DNA of 64,000 bases from Isoptericola halotolerans (GTDB lineage: Bacteria > Actinomycetota > Actinomycetes > Actinomycetales > Cellulomonadaceae), in the NCBI RefSeq assembly GCF_013149785.1, contig NZ_JABEZU010000002.1:496001-560000 (forward strand), given 5' to 3'. Shown here piece by piece: positions 20,728-29,708 of the stretch. Positions within the stretch are counted from its first letter, which is position 1. Every line of letters begins with the position of its first letter. The notes under the pieces were generated by a model. It had not been told where the DNA came from. It searched no databases and saw only the letters and a program-made list of their open reading frames with translations. The position numbers and the translations under genes were made by a program.

Positions 20728-21863
20728 GGCGTCCTCCGGGCGGGTTCGAGCACCGCGGCCAGCTCGGACGCGACCACGGACCAGTCCCGTGCCTCGGCGT
20801 GCGAGCGAGCCTTCCGCCGGGCCGTGGCGAGTGCCACGGGGTCGTCCGCGAGGTGTCCGAGGGCTGAGGCCAGGGCGGCCGTGTCACCCGGCGCCACGAG
20901 GGTGCCGGCGTCGGCCACGGTCTCGGGGATACCGCCCACGTCCGAGGCGACGAGGGCCGCGCCGGCGGCCATCCCCTCCAGCACGGTGAGGGGGCACGGG
21001 TCGGGCCAGACGGACGGGACGACGACGACGTCGGCCGACGCCAGCAGCCCGGGGACCTCGGTGCGCGGCACGAAGGGGCGGACGGTCGCCCGTCCTCCGA
21101 GGCGACCCGCGGTCGCGCGGAGCCGGCGCTCGTACGGGGTCAGCGGGTCGGTCGCGGAGAAGCCGGCGCTGCCCACGACGGTCACGTGGACGTCGTCGCG
21201 GTCGAGGGTCTCGACCGCGTCGAGCAGGACGGCGGGGCCCTTGTCCGGGATGGTCCGGCCGACGAAGACGATGCGCAGCTCCTGCACCCTGTCGGGGAAG
21301 CCGGGCCCCGGCCTGAACAGGTCGGTGTCGACGCCGTTGCGCACCACGTGGACACGTTCGCGCAGCGAGTGGGGGAGGCGGGCGGTGGTGCGCTCGGCGA
21401 GGTGGTCGCTCACGCACACGATCGCGGACACCTCGCCGAGCGCCCGCCCGGCCTCGCGCCGCGTGTAGGTGCGCAGCAGGTCGTTGTGCGCGTAGAGCAC
21501 GGGCTGGTGCTGCGCGTGGACGAGGGCCACCGCCTGGGGTGCGTTGTGGAGCACCACGGTCGCGGGTTCCCAACTGTCCTGACCGGCGAGGGCTGCGGCC
21601 CAGGTGCGGCGTGCGGCCCGCGGCAGCCCGAGGGGTGCCCGGACCGCGTCGAGGCGGCGTTCCCAGCGTCCTGGGCCGGGCGCCGGCGTGTACTCGATCG
21701 CCTCGGCGTCGTCGTACCGGTCGGCGTAGGTCCCCCGGGCGACGACGACGGCCGGAGGGCTCGCGGTGGCGGCGTTGAGGCCGTGCACGACGGTCGGGAC
21801 GGCGCTGCCCGTGCGCGGTGAGTAGTGGTCGCCGGGCGTCAGGACGTGCACATACCGGCTCAC
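20724..21863 (-). CDS. Glycosyltransferase family 4
   Basis: NGVDTDLF, GRTIPDKG and DPCPLTVLEGM. Confidence 0.85.
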   Translation of the reverse strand: MSRYVHVLTPGDHYSPRTGSAVPTVVHGLNAATASPPAVVVARGTYADRYDDAEAIEYTPAPGPGRWERRLDAVRAPLGLPRAARRTWAAALAGQDSWEPATVVLHNAPQAVALVHAQHQPVLYAHNDLLRTYTRREAGRALGEVSAIVCVSDHLAERTTARLPHSLRERVHVVRNGVDTDLFRPGPGFPDRVQELRIVFVGRTIPDKGPAVLLDAVETLDRDDVHVTVVGSAGFSATDPLTPYERRLRATAGRLGGRATVRPFVPRTEVPGLLASADVVVVPSVWPDPCPLTVLEGMAAGAALVASDVGGIPETVADAGTLVAPGDTAALASALGHLADDPVALATARRKARSHAEARDWSVVASELAAVLEPARRTP

Positions 21864-23035
21864 GTCGCGGCCTCGTGCGTCTCGACGGTGGTCAGGACGT
21901 CGCGGTACACCTGCTCGACCCGGTCCGTGACGGCCGTCCAGGTGTGCGCGACCGCTGTCCGGTGGCCGGCCGCCGCGAGACGCTGCCGCGAGCCCGGCTC
22001 CGTGACGTCGCCGAGGGCCGTGGCGAACCGGTCGGTGTCCTCCGGGTCGACGAGCAGCCCGTTGACCCCGTCCTGCACCAGCTCCGGTACCCCACCGCGG
22101 CGGGTCGCCAGCACCGGCACCCCGGCCCGCATCGCCTCGAGCACCACGATGCCGAACGCCTCGGCGCGGCTCGGCACGACCAGTGCCTCGGCCCGGTCCA
22201 TGACGGCGACGACGGCGCCGCGGTCCAGCGACCCCGTCCAGTGCGTCCGGGACGCCACCCCCAGGTGGTGCGCCAGCTCCTGGACGGCGGCACGCTCGGG
22301 ACCGTCGCCGCCGCAGACGAGGTGCAGGTCGTCGGCGAGGTCGCCGGCACCGGCTGCGCGGGCGTAGGCGCGCACGAGCAGGTCGAAGCCCTTGACGCGG
22401 TCGACGCGCCCGAGCGCGAGGAGGTAGCGCTGCGGGAGCCCCGGGGGCGGCGGGCCCGAGGGCTCGTCGAGCTCGACGCCGTTGCCCACCACGACGACGC
22501 GCCGCGGGTCGTGGCCGAACCGGGCGAGGTCCGCGGCGGCGTGACGGGAGCAGGCCGTGACCGCCGCTGCCCGGGCCAGAGAGGTACGCAGCGCGCGTCG
22601 CTGCAGCGCCGAGGTGTCGAACACGGCGTCGGCGTCACCCTGGGTCTCCCCGTGGACACCGACCACGAGCGGCCGACGGCGGGCCGCCGCGAGGGCCGTC
22701 GCCCAGGGTCCGTTCGGCCCGTAGCACTGGACGTGGAGCAGGTCCGGCGCGTCGTCGCGGGCTGCTCGGGCCCAGGCACGCCAGGCAGCGGGGAGGGCCG
22801 TGGCGAACCGGCCGACGCCGCCGAGCGACCGCGTGGGCAGCGGTGCCGGCAGGTAGCGCACACGGACATCGGGGACGGCGCTCTCGACCCCGGAGGTGTC
22901 GTCGCCCCGGTCGACCGACCAGACGGCGACGCGATGACCCCGCCGGCTCAGCTCGACGGCCAGTCGCCGGACGTGCTCCTCGACCCCGCCGGGACGGGGC
23001 CAGAACGAGCTCGTGACGAGGGCGATGGAGGCCAC
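21860..23035 (-). CDS. Glycosyltransferase family 4
   Basis: GGVEEHV, GRVDRVKGFD and EAFGIVVLEAM; TACGAT -10 six nt upstream. Confidence 0.85.
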   Translation of the reverse strand: MASIALVTSSFWPRPGGVEEHVRRLAVELSRRGHRVAVWSVDRGDDTSGVESAVPDVRVRYLPAPLPTRSLGGVGRFATALPAAWRAWARAARDDAPDLLHVQCYGPNGPWATALAAARRRPLVVGVHGETQGDADAVFDTSALQRRALRTSLARAAAVTACSRHAAADLARFGHDPRRVVVVGNGVELDEPSGPPPPGLPQRYLLALGRVDRVKGFDLLVRAYARAAGAGDLADDLHLVCGGDGPERAAVQELAHHLGVASRTHWTGSLDRGAVVAVMDRAEALVVPSRAEAFGIVVLEAMRAGVPVLATRRGGVPELVQDGVNGLLVDPEDTDRFATALGDVTEPGSRQRLAAAGHRTAVAHTWTAVTDRVEQVYRDVLTTVETHEAAT

Positions 23036-23079
23036 CTCGTGATCGTAGGGACACAGCCTGCCCCGCGACCGGACGGGGC

Positions 23080-23141
23080 GCGGATCTCACCCGCTCCACG
23101 GCGGATCTCACCCGCCCGTCCCTGCCTGGGCGGACCACAAT
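23080..23141 (+). promoter_or_regulatory. Perfect 15-bp direct repeat GCGGATCTCACCCGC (23080, 23101) and -10 CACAAT (23136)
   Basis: Read directly; lies in a divergent intergenic region. Confidence 0.65.
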
Positions 23142-23147
23142 GTGCCT

Positions 23148-24212
23148 GTGGAGCCCGTCCTGACCCTGGCCTCGTTCGCCTCCGCGCTGCCCATGGGACC
23201 GCAGGCGTACGAGGAGAACGTCGCTCGCCGTGCCCAGGCAGCCGTGGGCGACGCCGTGCGCGTGCGCCGCGCGCTCGTGCGGACCCTGCGCTCCGACCTG
23301 CCCGGTACGGCGCGTCTGCCCGGCGCGGTGCTCCGTGGGACGGTGCCGGGCTCACGCCGGGCCGCCGGGCGCTGGCTGTACCGCGGCGCCGCCGTCGTGC
23401 ACCGGATGGGGCTGTCGATGCCGCCCGCCCCGGTGCCGGAGGTGGTCACGGTGCACGACACCGTGGCCTGGCGGTACCCCGACGAGGCCGCCCCGGAGCC
23501 CTACGCCGCCGAGGAGACCCGTCGGGCCGAGGCGGTCATCGCCGTCTCGCAGTTCTCCGCGGACGACATCGCCGAACGGTTCGGGCTCGACCGGGTGCAC
23601 GTGGTGCACAACGGTGTCGACGCGCAGTACTTCGACGTCGCGCCGGCGGCGCCGGCCGACCTCGCGGCAGCAGGTGTCCGCGGCAGGTACGTGCTGCACG
23701 CCGGCGGCGCGACGGCACGCAAGAACCTCGAGGGTCTGGCCGACGCCTGGCCGAGCGTCCGGGCTGCCGTCCCGGACGTCCGGCTGGTCATGTGCGGACC
23801 GCCGGCGGCCCGCAGGGACCGCCTCTTCGGCGCGCTCGACGGCGTCGTGCGGCTGGGTCGCGTCCCCGACGGCGTCCTGCCCGGTCTCATGGCGGCGGCG
23901 GATGCCGTCGTGGTGCCGTCGCTGCACGAGGGGTTCGGCCTGCCCGCGCTGGAGGCGATGGCGTGCGGCGTCCCGGTCGTCGCGGCCGACCGCGCCGCGC
24001 TGCCGGAGGTGTGCGGAGGGGCCGCCTGGCTGGTGGAGCCGGACGGACCCGGCCTGGCCGACGGGCTGGTGCACGTGCTGGAGGGCGGCGCAGGGGTCGC
24101 CGACCGGGTGGCCGCGGGCCGGGACCGGGCGGCGACGTTCACCTGGGAGGCCAGCGCGGCAGGGCACGCCCGCGTCTGGCGGTCGCTCCTCGGCCATGCC
24201 GTGCCCGGGTGA
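23148..24212 (+). CDS. Glycosyltransferase family 4 (MtfB/WbaZ-like)
   Basis: VTVHD, RKNL and EGFGLPALEAMACG; GTG 23148 follows the -10 (alternative 23142). Confidence 0.85.
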   Translation: MEPVLTLASFASALPMGPQAYEENVARRAQAAVGDAVRVRRALVRTLRSDLPGTARLPGAVLRGTVPGSRRAAGRWLYRGAAVVHRMGLSMPPAPVPEVVTVHDTVAWRYPDEAAPEPYAAEETRRAEAVIAVSQFSADDIAERFGLDRVHVVHNGVDAQYFDVAPAAPADLAAAGVRGRYVLHAGGATARKNLEGLADAWPSVRAAVPDVRLVMCGPPAARRDRLFGALDGVVRLGRVPDGVLPGLMAAADAVVVPSLHEGFGLPALEAMACGVPVVAADRAALPEVCGGAAWLVEPDGPGLADGLVHVLEGGAGVADRVAAGRDRAATFTWEASAAGHARVWRSLLGHAVPG

Positions 24213-24267
24213 AACCCGCACTTCACCCGGGCGAGACATGGGCTCGCACCAGCGCGCGCAATACGCT
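24203..24267 (+). promoter_or_regulatory. Inverted repeat GCCCGGGTGAA-N8-TTCACCCGGGC containing a TCACCC box, plus -10 TACGCT (24262)
   Basis: Read directly; could also act as a terminator hairpin. Confidence 0.55.
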
Positions 24268-24273
24268 CCAAAC

Positions 24274-25488
24274 GTGTCCGCCTCCCGCTCTGCCGTCTCC
24301 GTCCGCGGACTCGGCAAGACGTACCGCATCGGCCGTTCCGGCCACCGTCCGACGACGGTGGTCGAGGCCGTCGCCGCGCGCCTGCGGAGCCCGTGGGCCA
24401 AGTCCCGCTTCACCGAGTTCGACGCGCTCACCGGCGTCGACCTCGACGTGCCGTGGGGGGAGGCGCTCGGCATCGTCGGGCGCAACGGGGCCGGCAAGTC
24501 GACGCTGCTGAAGCTGCTCACCCGGGTCACCGCACCGACCCGGGGTCGTATCGAGCTCGCGGGTCGGATGGGCAGCCTGCTGGAGGTCGGGACAGGGTTC
24601 TCCGGCGAGCTGACCGGCCGGGAGAACATCTATCTGAACGGTGCCATCCTCGGCATGAGCCGCCGGGAGATCCGCTCGTCGTTCGACGAGATCGTGGCCT
24701 TCTCCGGGGTCGAGAAGTTCCTCGACACCCCGGTGAAGCGCTACTCCTCGGGGATGTACGTGCGACTGGCCTTCTCCGTCGCGGCGCACCTGCGCACCGA
24801 GATCCTGGCCATCGACGAGGTGCTGGCGGTGGGTGACGCGGAGTTCCAGCGCAAGTCGCTCGCCAAGATGCGCGACGTCGCCAAGGACGGCCGCACCGTC
24901 CTGTACGTCAGTCACCTGGTGCCGACGGTGACGGCGCTGTGCACGAGCGCCGTCTACCTCGACAAGGGGCGGCTCACGTACTCCGGGTCGGTGGACGGGG
25001 CTCTGGACGTGTACCGCCGCAGCTTCGCGCAGTTCGCCGCCGACCAGCAGGACCCCGACAGGCGGCCTGGTACGGGGCAGCTGCGGGCCGGGTCGGTCGT
25101 GCCCGAGTCCGACGTCTTCGACCCTGCCGAGACGAAGCGGTTCGTGCTCGGGGTCGGCTCGAGCCCCGACCTCGTCGGCTCGTACTTCGTCTCGGTGCAC
25201 GTGAACGACGCCTCCGGTGCCGTCGTCGCCCAGTGCGACTCGCGCGCCGTGGGCGGGTGGTACGAGCCCAGCAAGGAGCAGGAGATCCAGCTCACGCTGC
25301 GTGCGCCGTGGCTCAAGCCCGGCCGCTACACCGTCGACGCCTTCGTCTGCCAGGCCGGCGTGCTCGACGCCTGGGAGGGCGCGGCCACCTTCGAGGTGCT
25401 GCCCGCCACTCCCTATCCGGAGATGACGCTCGACGAGGCGACGGCTCAGGCCGTCGTCCTCGCGGACTACGACTTCCAGGGACGCTGA
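24274..25488 (+). CDS. wzt: Polysaccharide ABC exporter ATPase with C-terminal Wzt_C-like domain
   Basis: GRNGAGKS, YSSGM, IDEVLAVGD and VSH; about 150-aa C-terminal extension (LKPGRYTV); alternative ATG 24238. Confidence 0.88.
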   Translation: MSASRSAVSVRGLGKTYRIGRSGHRPTTVVEAVAARLRSPWAKSRFTEFDALTGVDLDVPWGEALGIVGRNGAGKSTLLKLLTRVTAPTRGRIELAGRMGSLLEVGTGFSGELTGRENIYLNGAILGMSRREIRSSFDEIVAFSGVEKFLDTPVKRYSSGMYVRLAFSVAAHLRTEILAIDEVLAVGDAEFQRKSLAKMRDVAKDGRTVLYVSHLVPTVTALCTSAVYLDKGRLTYSGSVDGALDVYRRSFAQFAADQQDPDRRPGTGQLRAGSVVPESDVFDPAETKRFVLGVGSSPDLVGSYFVSVHVNDASGAVVAQCDSRAVGGWYEPSKEQEIQLTLRAPWLKPGRYTVDAFVCQAGVLDAWEGAATFEVLPATPYPEMTLDEATAQAVVLADYDFQGR

Positions 25489-25489
25489 G

Positions 25490-26317
25490 ATGGCCACCGT
25501 CGTGATCACCCCGCCCGGACGGCTCGGCCTTCCCCGCTGGCGCGAGCTGTGGGCGGCGCGCGAGGTGATGTACCGCTTCGGCCTGCGCGACGTGCTGCTG
25601 AGGTACCGGCAGACCGCCGTCGGCGTGGCGTGGGTCGTGATCCAGCCTCTCCTCGGAGCGGGGATCTTCGCCCTGGTCTTCGGCGCCGTCGCCGGGCTGC
25701 CGACCAACGGGGTCCCGTACTTCCTGTTCAGCTTCATGGGGATGCTCGCCTGGAACCTCTTCAGCCAGACCATCGCGCGGTCCTCGGCGTCGCTCGTGGC
25801 GAACCAGGCACTGGTGGCCAAGGTGTTCTTCCCCCGGCTGCTGGTGCCGTTGTCCAGCTCGCTCGGGGTCCTGCTCGACTACGCGGTCGCCCTGGCCCTC
25901 GGTGCGCTGCTGCTCGTGGTGTACGGCGTGAACCCGGGCTGGGCGGTCCTGCTGCTGCCGGTGTGGACGCTCCTGCTGCTGCTCTTCGCGCTCGGCATCG
26001 GCATCGCCGCGTCGGCCGTGCAGGTGAAGTACCGCGACGTCGGCTACGTGATGCCGTGGCTGCTGCAGATGGGTCTCTACGCGACACCGGTGGCCTACTC
26101 GGTCGAGGCGACCCAGGACCTGCCGCCCGCCGCCCAGTGGCTCTTCCAGGCCAACCCGTTGACCTGGTTCCTGGAGGCCTACCGCTGGTCGCTCCTCGGT
26201 CAGCAGGTGCCACCCACGTGGCAGATCGTCGGCATGGTGGTCTCGAGCCTGCTCGTGCTGCTGGGCGGGATCCTCGTCTTCCAGCGGTACGAACGACAGT
26301 TCGCGGACGTGATCTGA
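25490..26317 (+). CDS. wzm: Polysaccharide ABC exporter permease
   Basis: RYRQTAVGVAW, KVFFPR, YRD, YATPVAY, NPL and FADVI. Confidence 0.9.
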   Translation: MATVVITPPGRLGLPRWRELWAAREVMYRFGLRDVLLRYRQTAVGVAWVVIQPLLGAGIFALVFGAVAGLPTNGVPYFLFSFMGMLAWNLFSQTIARSSASLVANQALVAKVFFPRLLVPLSSSLGVLLDYAVALALGALLLVVYGVNPGWAVLLLPVWTLLLLLFALGIGIAASAVQVKYRDVGYVMPWLLQMGLYATPVAYSVEATQDLPPAAQWLFQANPLTWFLEAYRWSLLGQQVPPTWQIVGMVVSSLLVLLGGILVFQRYERQFADVI

Positions 26318-27174
26318 TGAGGATCCACGCCTACGTGCTGGCCGCGGACCCGCACTTCCTGGCCGCGAGCCTGCGCTCGTACTACGACCGTGTCGACCGG
26401 GTGGTCGTGTCCTACGACCGCAGCTCCACCTCGTGGACCGGCACCTCGCTGCCCGTCGACGAGTGCCTGCGGATCATCAAGGCGGTCGACGTCGACGGCA
26501 AGTGCGTCCTGGCCCCGGGTGACTTCTGGAACCCGGACGCCGAGCCGATCGCCAACGACACCGCGCAGCGCCAGACGGCTCTCGACCAGGCCGGCGACGG
26601 CGCCGACTGGGTGCTCCAGCTCGACACCGACGAGATCATGCCTGCCCCGGGCACCTTCCTCGCCATGGTGGACGAGGCGGAGGACGTCGGAGCCGACGCG
26701 CTGGAGTACCCGGCCCGCTGGCTGTACTCGCGGGTGGGTGACGCGCCCGGCGGTGGCCGGTACCTCGAGGCCTCCACCCGGTTCTGGCGGCCCGCTGCCA
26801 GCTTTCCCGGTCCCCTCGCGGTGCGTCCCGGGGTCACGCTCGACTGCGCCCGGCAGTCGTCGGCCGCGGTGCACTTCCGCGTGGACCTGCGGCCCTGGCA
26901 CACCGACCGCGTCCAGGCGTACGAGCGACCGGTGCATGCCGTGATCCCGGTGAGCGACGCCGTCGTGCACTACTCGTGGGTGCGCCCGGACGAGCAGATG
27001 CGCCGCAAGTTCGGATGGTCGGGCCACGCCGCCGCGTACTCGCAGCCTGCCGTCTACGCGAAGTGGGTGGCACGGACCCGGCGCCCCTGGCGTGCCGTCC
27101 TGGCGACGCCGGTGCGCCGGCACCCGGCCTGGTTGCGGCTGTCCGTCATCGCCCCGGAGGCCGAGGATGTCTGA
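26317..27174 (+). CDS. Hypothetical protein, probable GT-A fold glycosyltransferase
   Basis: QRQTAL..DWVLQLDTDE DxD motif and HYSW; coupled to wzm. Confidence 0.55.
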   Translation: MRIHAYVLAADPHFLAASLRSYYDRVDRVVVSYDRSSTSWTGTSLPVDECLRIIKAVDVDGKCVLAPGDFWNPDAEPIANDTAQRQTALDQAGDGADWVLQLDTDEIMPAPGTFLAMVDEAEDVGADALEYPARWLYSRVGDAPGGGRYLEASTRFWRPAASFPGPLAVRPGVTLDCARQSSAAVHFRVDLRPWHTDRVQAYERPVHAVIPVSDAVVHYSWVRPDEQMRRKFGWSGHAAAYSQPAVYAKWVARTRRPWRAVLATPVRRHPAWLRLSVIAPEAEDV

Positions 27175-28150
27175 GCCGGGAGCCGGTGGGCTGTCCGTGA
27201 GCGTGGTGGTGCCGACGTACCGCCGGCCCGACTACGTCCGCGAGTGTCTGCGACACCTGGAGCTCCTGCGGACGTCGCCGCGCGAGGTGCTGGTCGTGGA
27301 CGCCTCGCCGGACGAGCTGACGCGCGACGTCGTCGCGGAGTTCGCCGGAGCCTCCTACCTGCGCAACGACCTCGGGCCGAGCACCACACCCGAGTCACGT
27401 GACATCGGCCTGCGTGCGGCCACGGGAGACGTCGTGGCCTTCGTCGACGACGACGCCTACGTCGACGCGGACTGGCTCGACGAGCTGGTCGCCTGCTACG
27501 CCGACGCGCGCGTCGCCGGTGTCGGGGGCCGCATCGTCAACGGTCAGCCCGGCGAGGACCGGGACGGGCTGGACCGGATCGGTCGGCTGCTTCCCGACGG
27601 GCGTCTGCTGGGCCACTTCACGGCAGACCCTGGCCGCACCATCGGCGTCGACCACCTGCTCGGGGCCAACATGTCGTTCCGACGCAGCGCGCTGCTGGAG
27701 GTCGGTGGCGTCCACGGGCAGTACCCCGGTCCGTGCGTGTGCGAGGAGACCGACATCTCCTTGCGCCAGCGTGCGCGGGGCCGACGACTCGTCTTCAACC
27801 CTCGTGCGGTGGTCCGCCACGTGTCCGCGCCGTACGCGATCAAGGGTGACCGCTTCGACCGGCGCTGGCACTTCTACGCCCGCCGCAACCAGCAGGCGAT
27901 GTACCTGCGGGTGTTCGGCCCACGGTCCGTCTACCCGGGCAGGTTGGCGGGCACGCTCCTGCGCGAGCTGAGGATGCGGTGCGCCTGGACGGTGCGGGCG
28001 GTCGGTGGCCGGGTGCCGGGCCTCGACCGCCGGGCGCGGTTGCGGGCGCCGGCCGTGATCCTGCGTTCGGCGATCGAGCTGACCGGCCTGGCCGTGGGGA
28101 CGGGTGCCGGGCTGTGGGAGCGGCGAGCCGAGCGGAGGTCCGCCCGATGA
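27167..28150 (+). CDS. Glycosyltransferase family 2
   Basis: VVVPTYRR, FVDDD, GANMSFRR and EETD. Confidence 0.85.
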   Translation: MSEPGAGGLSVSVVVPTYRRPDYVRECLRHLELLRTSPREVLVVDASPDELTRDVVAEFAGASYLRNDLGPSTTPESRDIGLRAATGDVVAFVDDDAYVDADWLDELVACYADARVAGVGGRIVNGQPGEDRDGLDRIGRLLPDGRLLGHFTADPGRTIGVDHLLGANMSFRRSALLEVGGVHGQYPGPCVCEETDISLRQRARGRRLVFNPRAVVRHVSAPYAIKGDRFDRRWHFYARRNQQAMYLRVFGPRSVYPGRLAGTLLRELRMRCAWTVRAVGGRVPGLDRRARLRAPAVILRSAIELTGLAVGTGAGLWERRAERRSAR

Positions 28151-28165
28151 CGTCGGCCGGACCGC

Positions 28166-28213
28166 GATTCACCCGGTGGCGCTCTGTCCAGCGTCTCGCC
28201 GGGCTCCTACCGT
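28166..28213 (+). promoter_or_regulatory. GATTCACCCG box and -10 TACCGT (28208)
   Basis: Same box and spacing as at 10549 and 24223. Confidence 0.5.
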
Positions 28214-28262
28214 TGCGAGAAGGGGGCGCGGTTCGACGCTGCCCCGACCCGGGGAGGGTGTC

Positions 28263-29708
28263 ATGAGACTTCAGAACCCACGGCTGGCGCGAAGGCTGGG
28301 CGCGCTCCTGTTGTCCGTGACCGTCGCCCTCGGCATCGGTGCGACGGCGTCTGTGCCGGCTGCCGCGACGTCGACGACCTGGTCGGGGAGCTCCAGCACG
28401 CTGTCGTTGACCTGTACCGGCTCCCCGTGCCCCTGGGGCGCCTCGCTCTCCGGGCAGGCCGTCGCCTGGCCGAGCGAGCTCGGCGGGAGCACCGCCAGGC
28501 TCGGCTACACCGCGAGCGCGCCGGCCTACCTGCCGGCCGCGGTGGCGAACGGGTTGACCGTGAAGGCCGTCACCGGTCAGCTGCAGCTCACCGCCGGTGC
28601 ACCCGACGCGACCACGCACCGTTCGTACAGCCTGGGGGCCGGCCAGTCCGTCCAGGTGACCGGCCTGGCAGCCGGAGAGGTGCTCGCGGTCCAGAGCTCG
28701 GTGGCCTTCACCTGGGAGGTGACGGGAACGGTGGCAGGCACGCCGAGCCCGTCGCCGTCGCCGAGCCCGTCGCCGTCGCCGAGCCCGTCGCCGTCGCCGA
28801 GCCCGAGCCCGTCGCCGTCGCCGAGCCCGTCGCCGAGCCCGAGCCCTGCGCCCGGTGGGTGGGAAGGACCGGCCACGGCGGCGTCTCTCGTCTGTGACAC
28901 CTCGCAGTGCGCGTGGGGGCCGTCGCTCGCCGGCTACGGGCTGGTCTGGCCCGAGAGCCTGGGCGCCGGACCGGCCGGCCAGAGCGGTTACACGGCCACG
29001 CACCCCGTCTATCTGGACGGGGCGGTCGCCGAGGGCCTGTCGGTCACCGTGACCAGCGGCAGCGCGTCGATCTACGCCGGTCCGCCGGGTGGCGCCCACA
29101 CCGTGCGCGCCACGTTGTCGGCCGGCACCACCCGGCTCATCACGGGGGTGCAGAGCGGTGACGTGGTCAGCGTGCAGAGCCTGACCGCGTTCGCGTACGT
29201 GCTGGCGTCGGGTGCCGAGGTGCCCGGAGACCCGATCGACCCGGGCGACCCCGGTCCGGGCGATCCCACGCCGACCGAGCCGTGCACGGACGTCAGCACC
29301 TGCGACGTCGTCACCGCGACCGCGTCGTCCTGGGAGTGCAACGTCTCCGACTGCTCGGGCGACCCCTGGTCGGGCTCCGCGATCTCCTGGCCGCAGGGCA
29401 CCGCCTACCCCGACAACGGCCGGGCGGGCAACGCCTCGCGGACCGCCTTCGGTCCCGACGGGCAACCGATCTACCCGTACATGGGCGACTGGGCCGACGG
29501 CTGCCAGCTCGAGGTCGTCTGGGGGGCGGTGCTCGTGGTGGAGTGGCAGCGCGGGACCAACGTCTGGCGTGAGACGTTGCTGGCGCCGGGCGACACGCAC
29601 ACCATCGCGCTGGTCGGCGACGAGGACGGCGCGCTCGTCGAGGGTCACCCGAGCGGGTTCGGCGTCAGGCTGGGCGACTGCGCGCCGCAACCCCTGCCGT
29701 CGTCATGA
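28263..29708 (+). CDS. Secreted protein with three related Cys-containing beta-rich domains and a Pro-Ser linker
   Basis: Sec-type signal peptide; repeats CTGSPCPWG..WP, CDTSQCAWG..WP and CNVSDCSG..WP. Confidence 0.7.
   Translation: MRLQNPRLARRLGALLLSVTVALGIGATASVPAAATSTTWSGSSSTLSLTCTGSPCPWGASLSGQAVAWPSELGGSTARLGYTASAPAYLPAAVANGLTVKAVTGQLQLTAGAPDATTHRSYSLGAGQSVQVTGLAAGEVLAVQSSVAFTWEVTGTVAGTPSPSPSPSPSPSPSPSPSPSPSPSPSPSPSPSPSPAPGGWEGPATAASLVCDTSQCAWGPSLAGYGLVWPESLGAGPAGQSGYTATHPVYLDGAVAEGLSVTVTSGSASIYAGPPGGAHTVRATLSAGTTRLITGVQSGDVVSVQSLTAFAYVLASGAEVPGDPIDPGDPGPGDPTPTEPCTDVSTCDVVTATASSWECNVSDCSGDPWSGSAISWPQGTAYPDNGRAGNASRTAFGPDGQPIYPYMGDWADGCQLEVVWGAVLVVEWQRGTNVWRETLLAPGDTHTIALVGDEDGALVEGHPSGFGVRLGDCAPQPLPSS
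28743..28844 (+). repeat. Coding tandem repeat, 17 x CCGAGC/CCGTCG, encoding (Pro-Ser)17
   Basis: Read directly. Confidence 0.9.

Noticed and set aside
28743..28844. Tandem repeat as a possible CRISPR array
   Set aside because: 6-bp coding units with no spacers, in frame as a Pro-Ser linker; no cas genes
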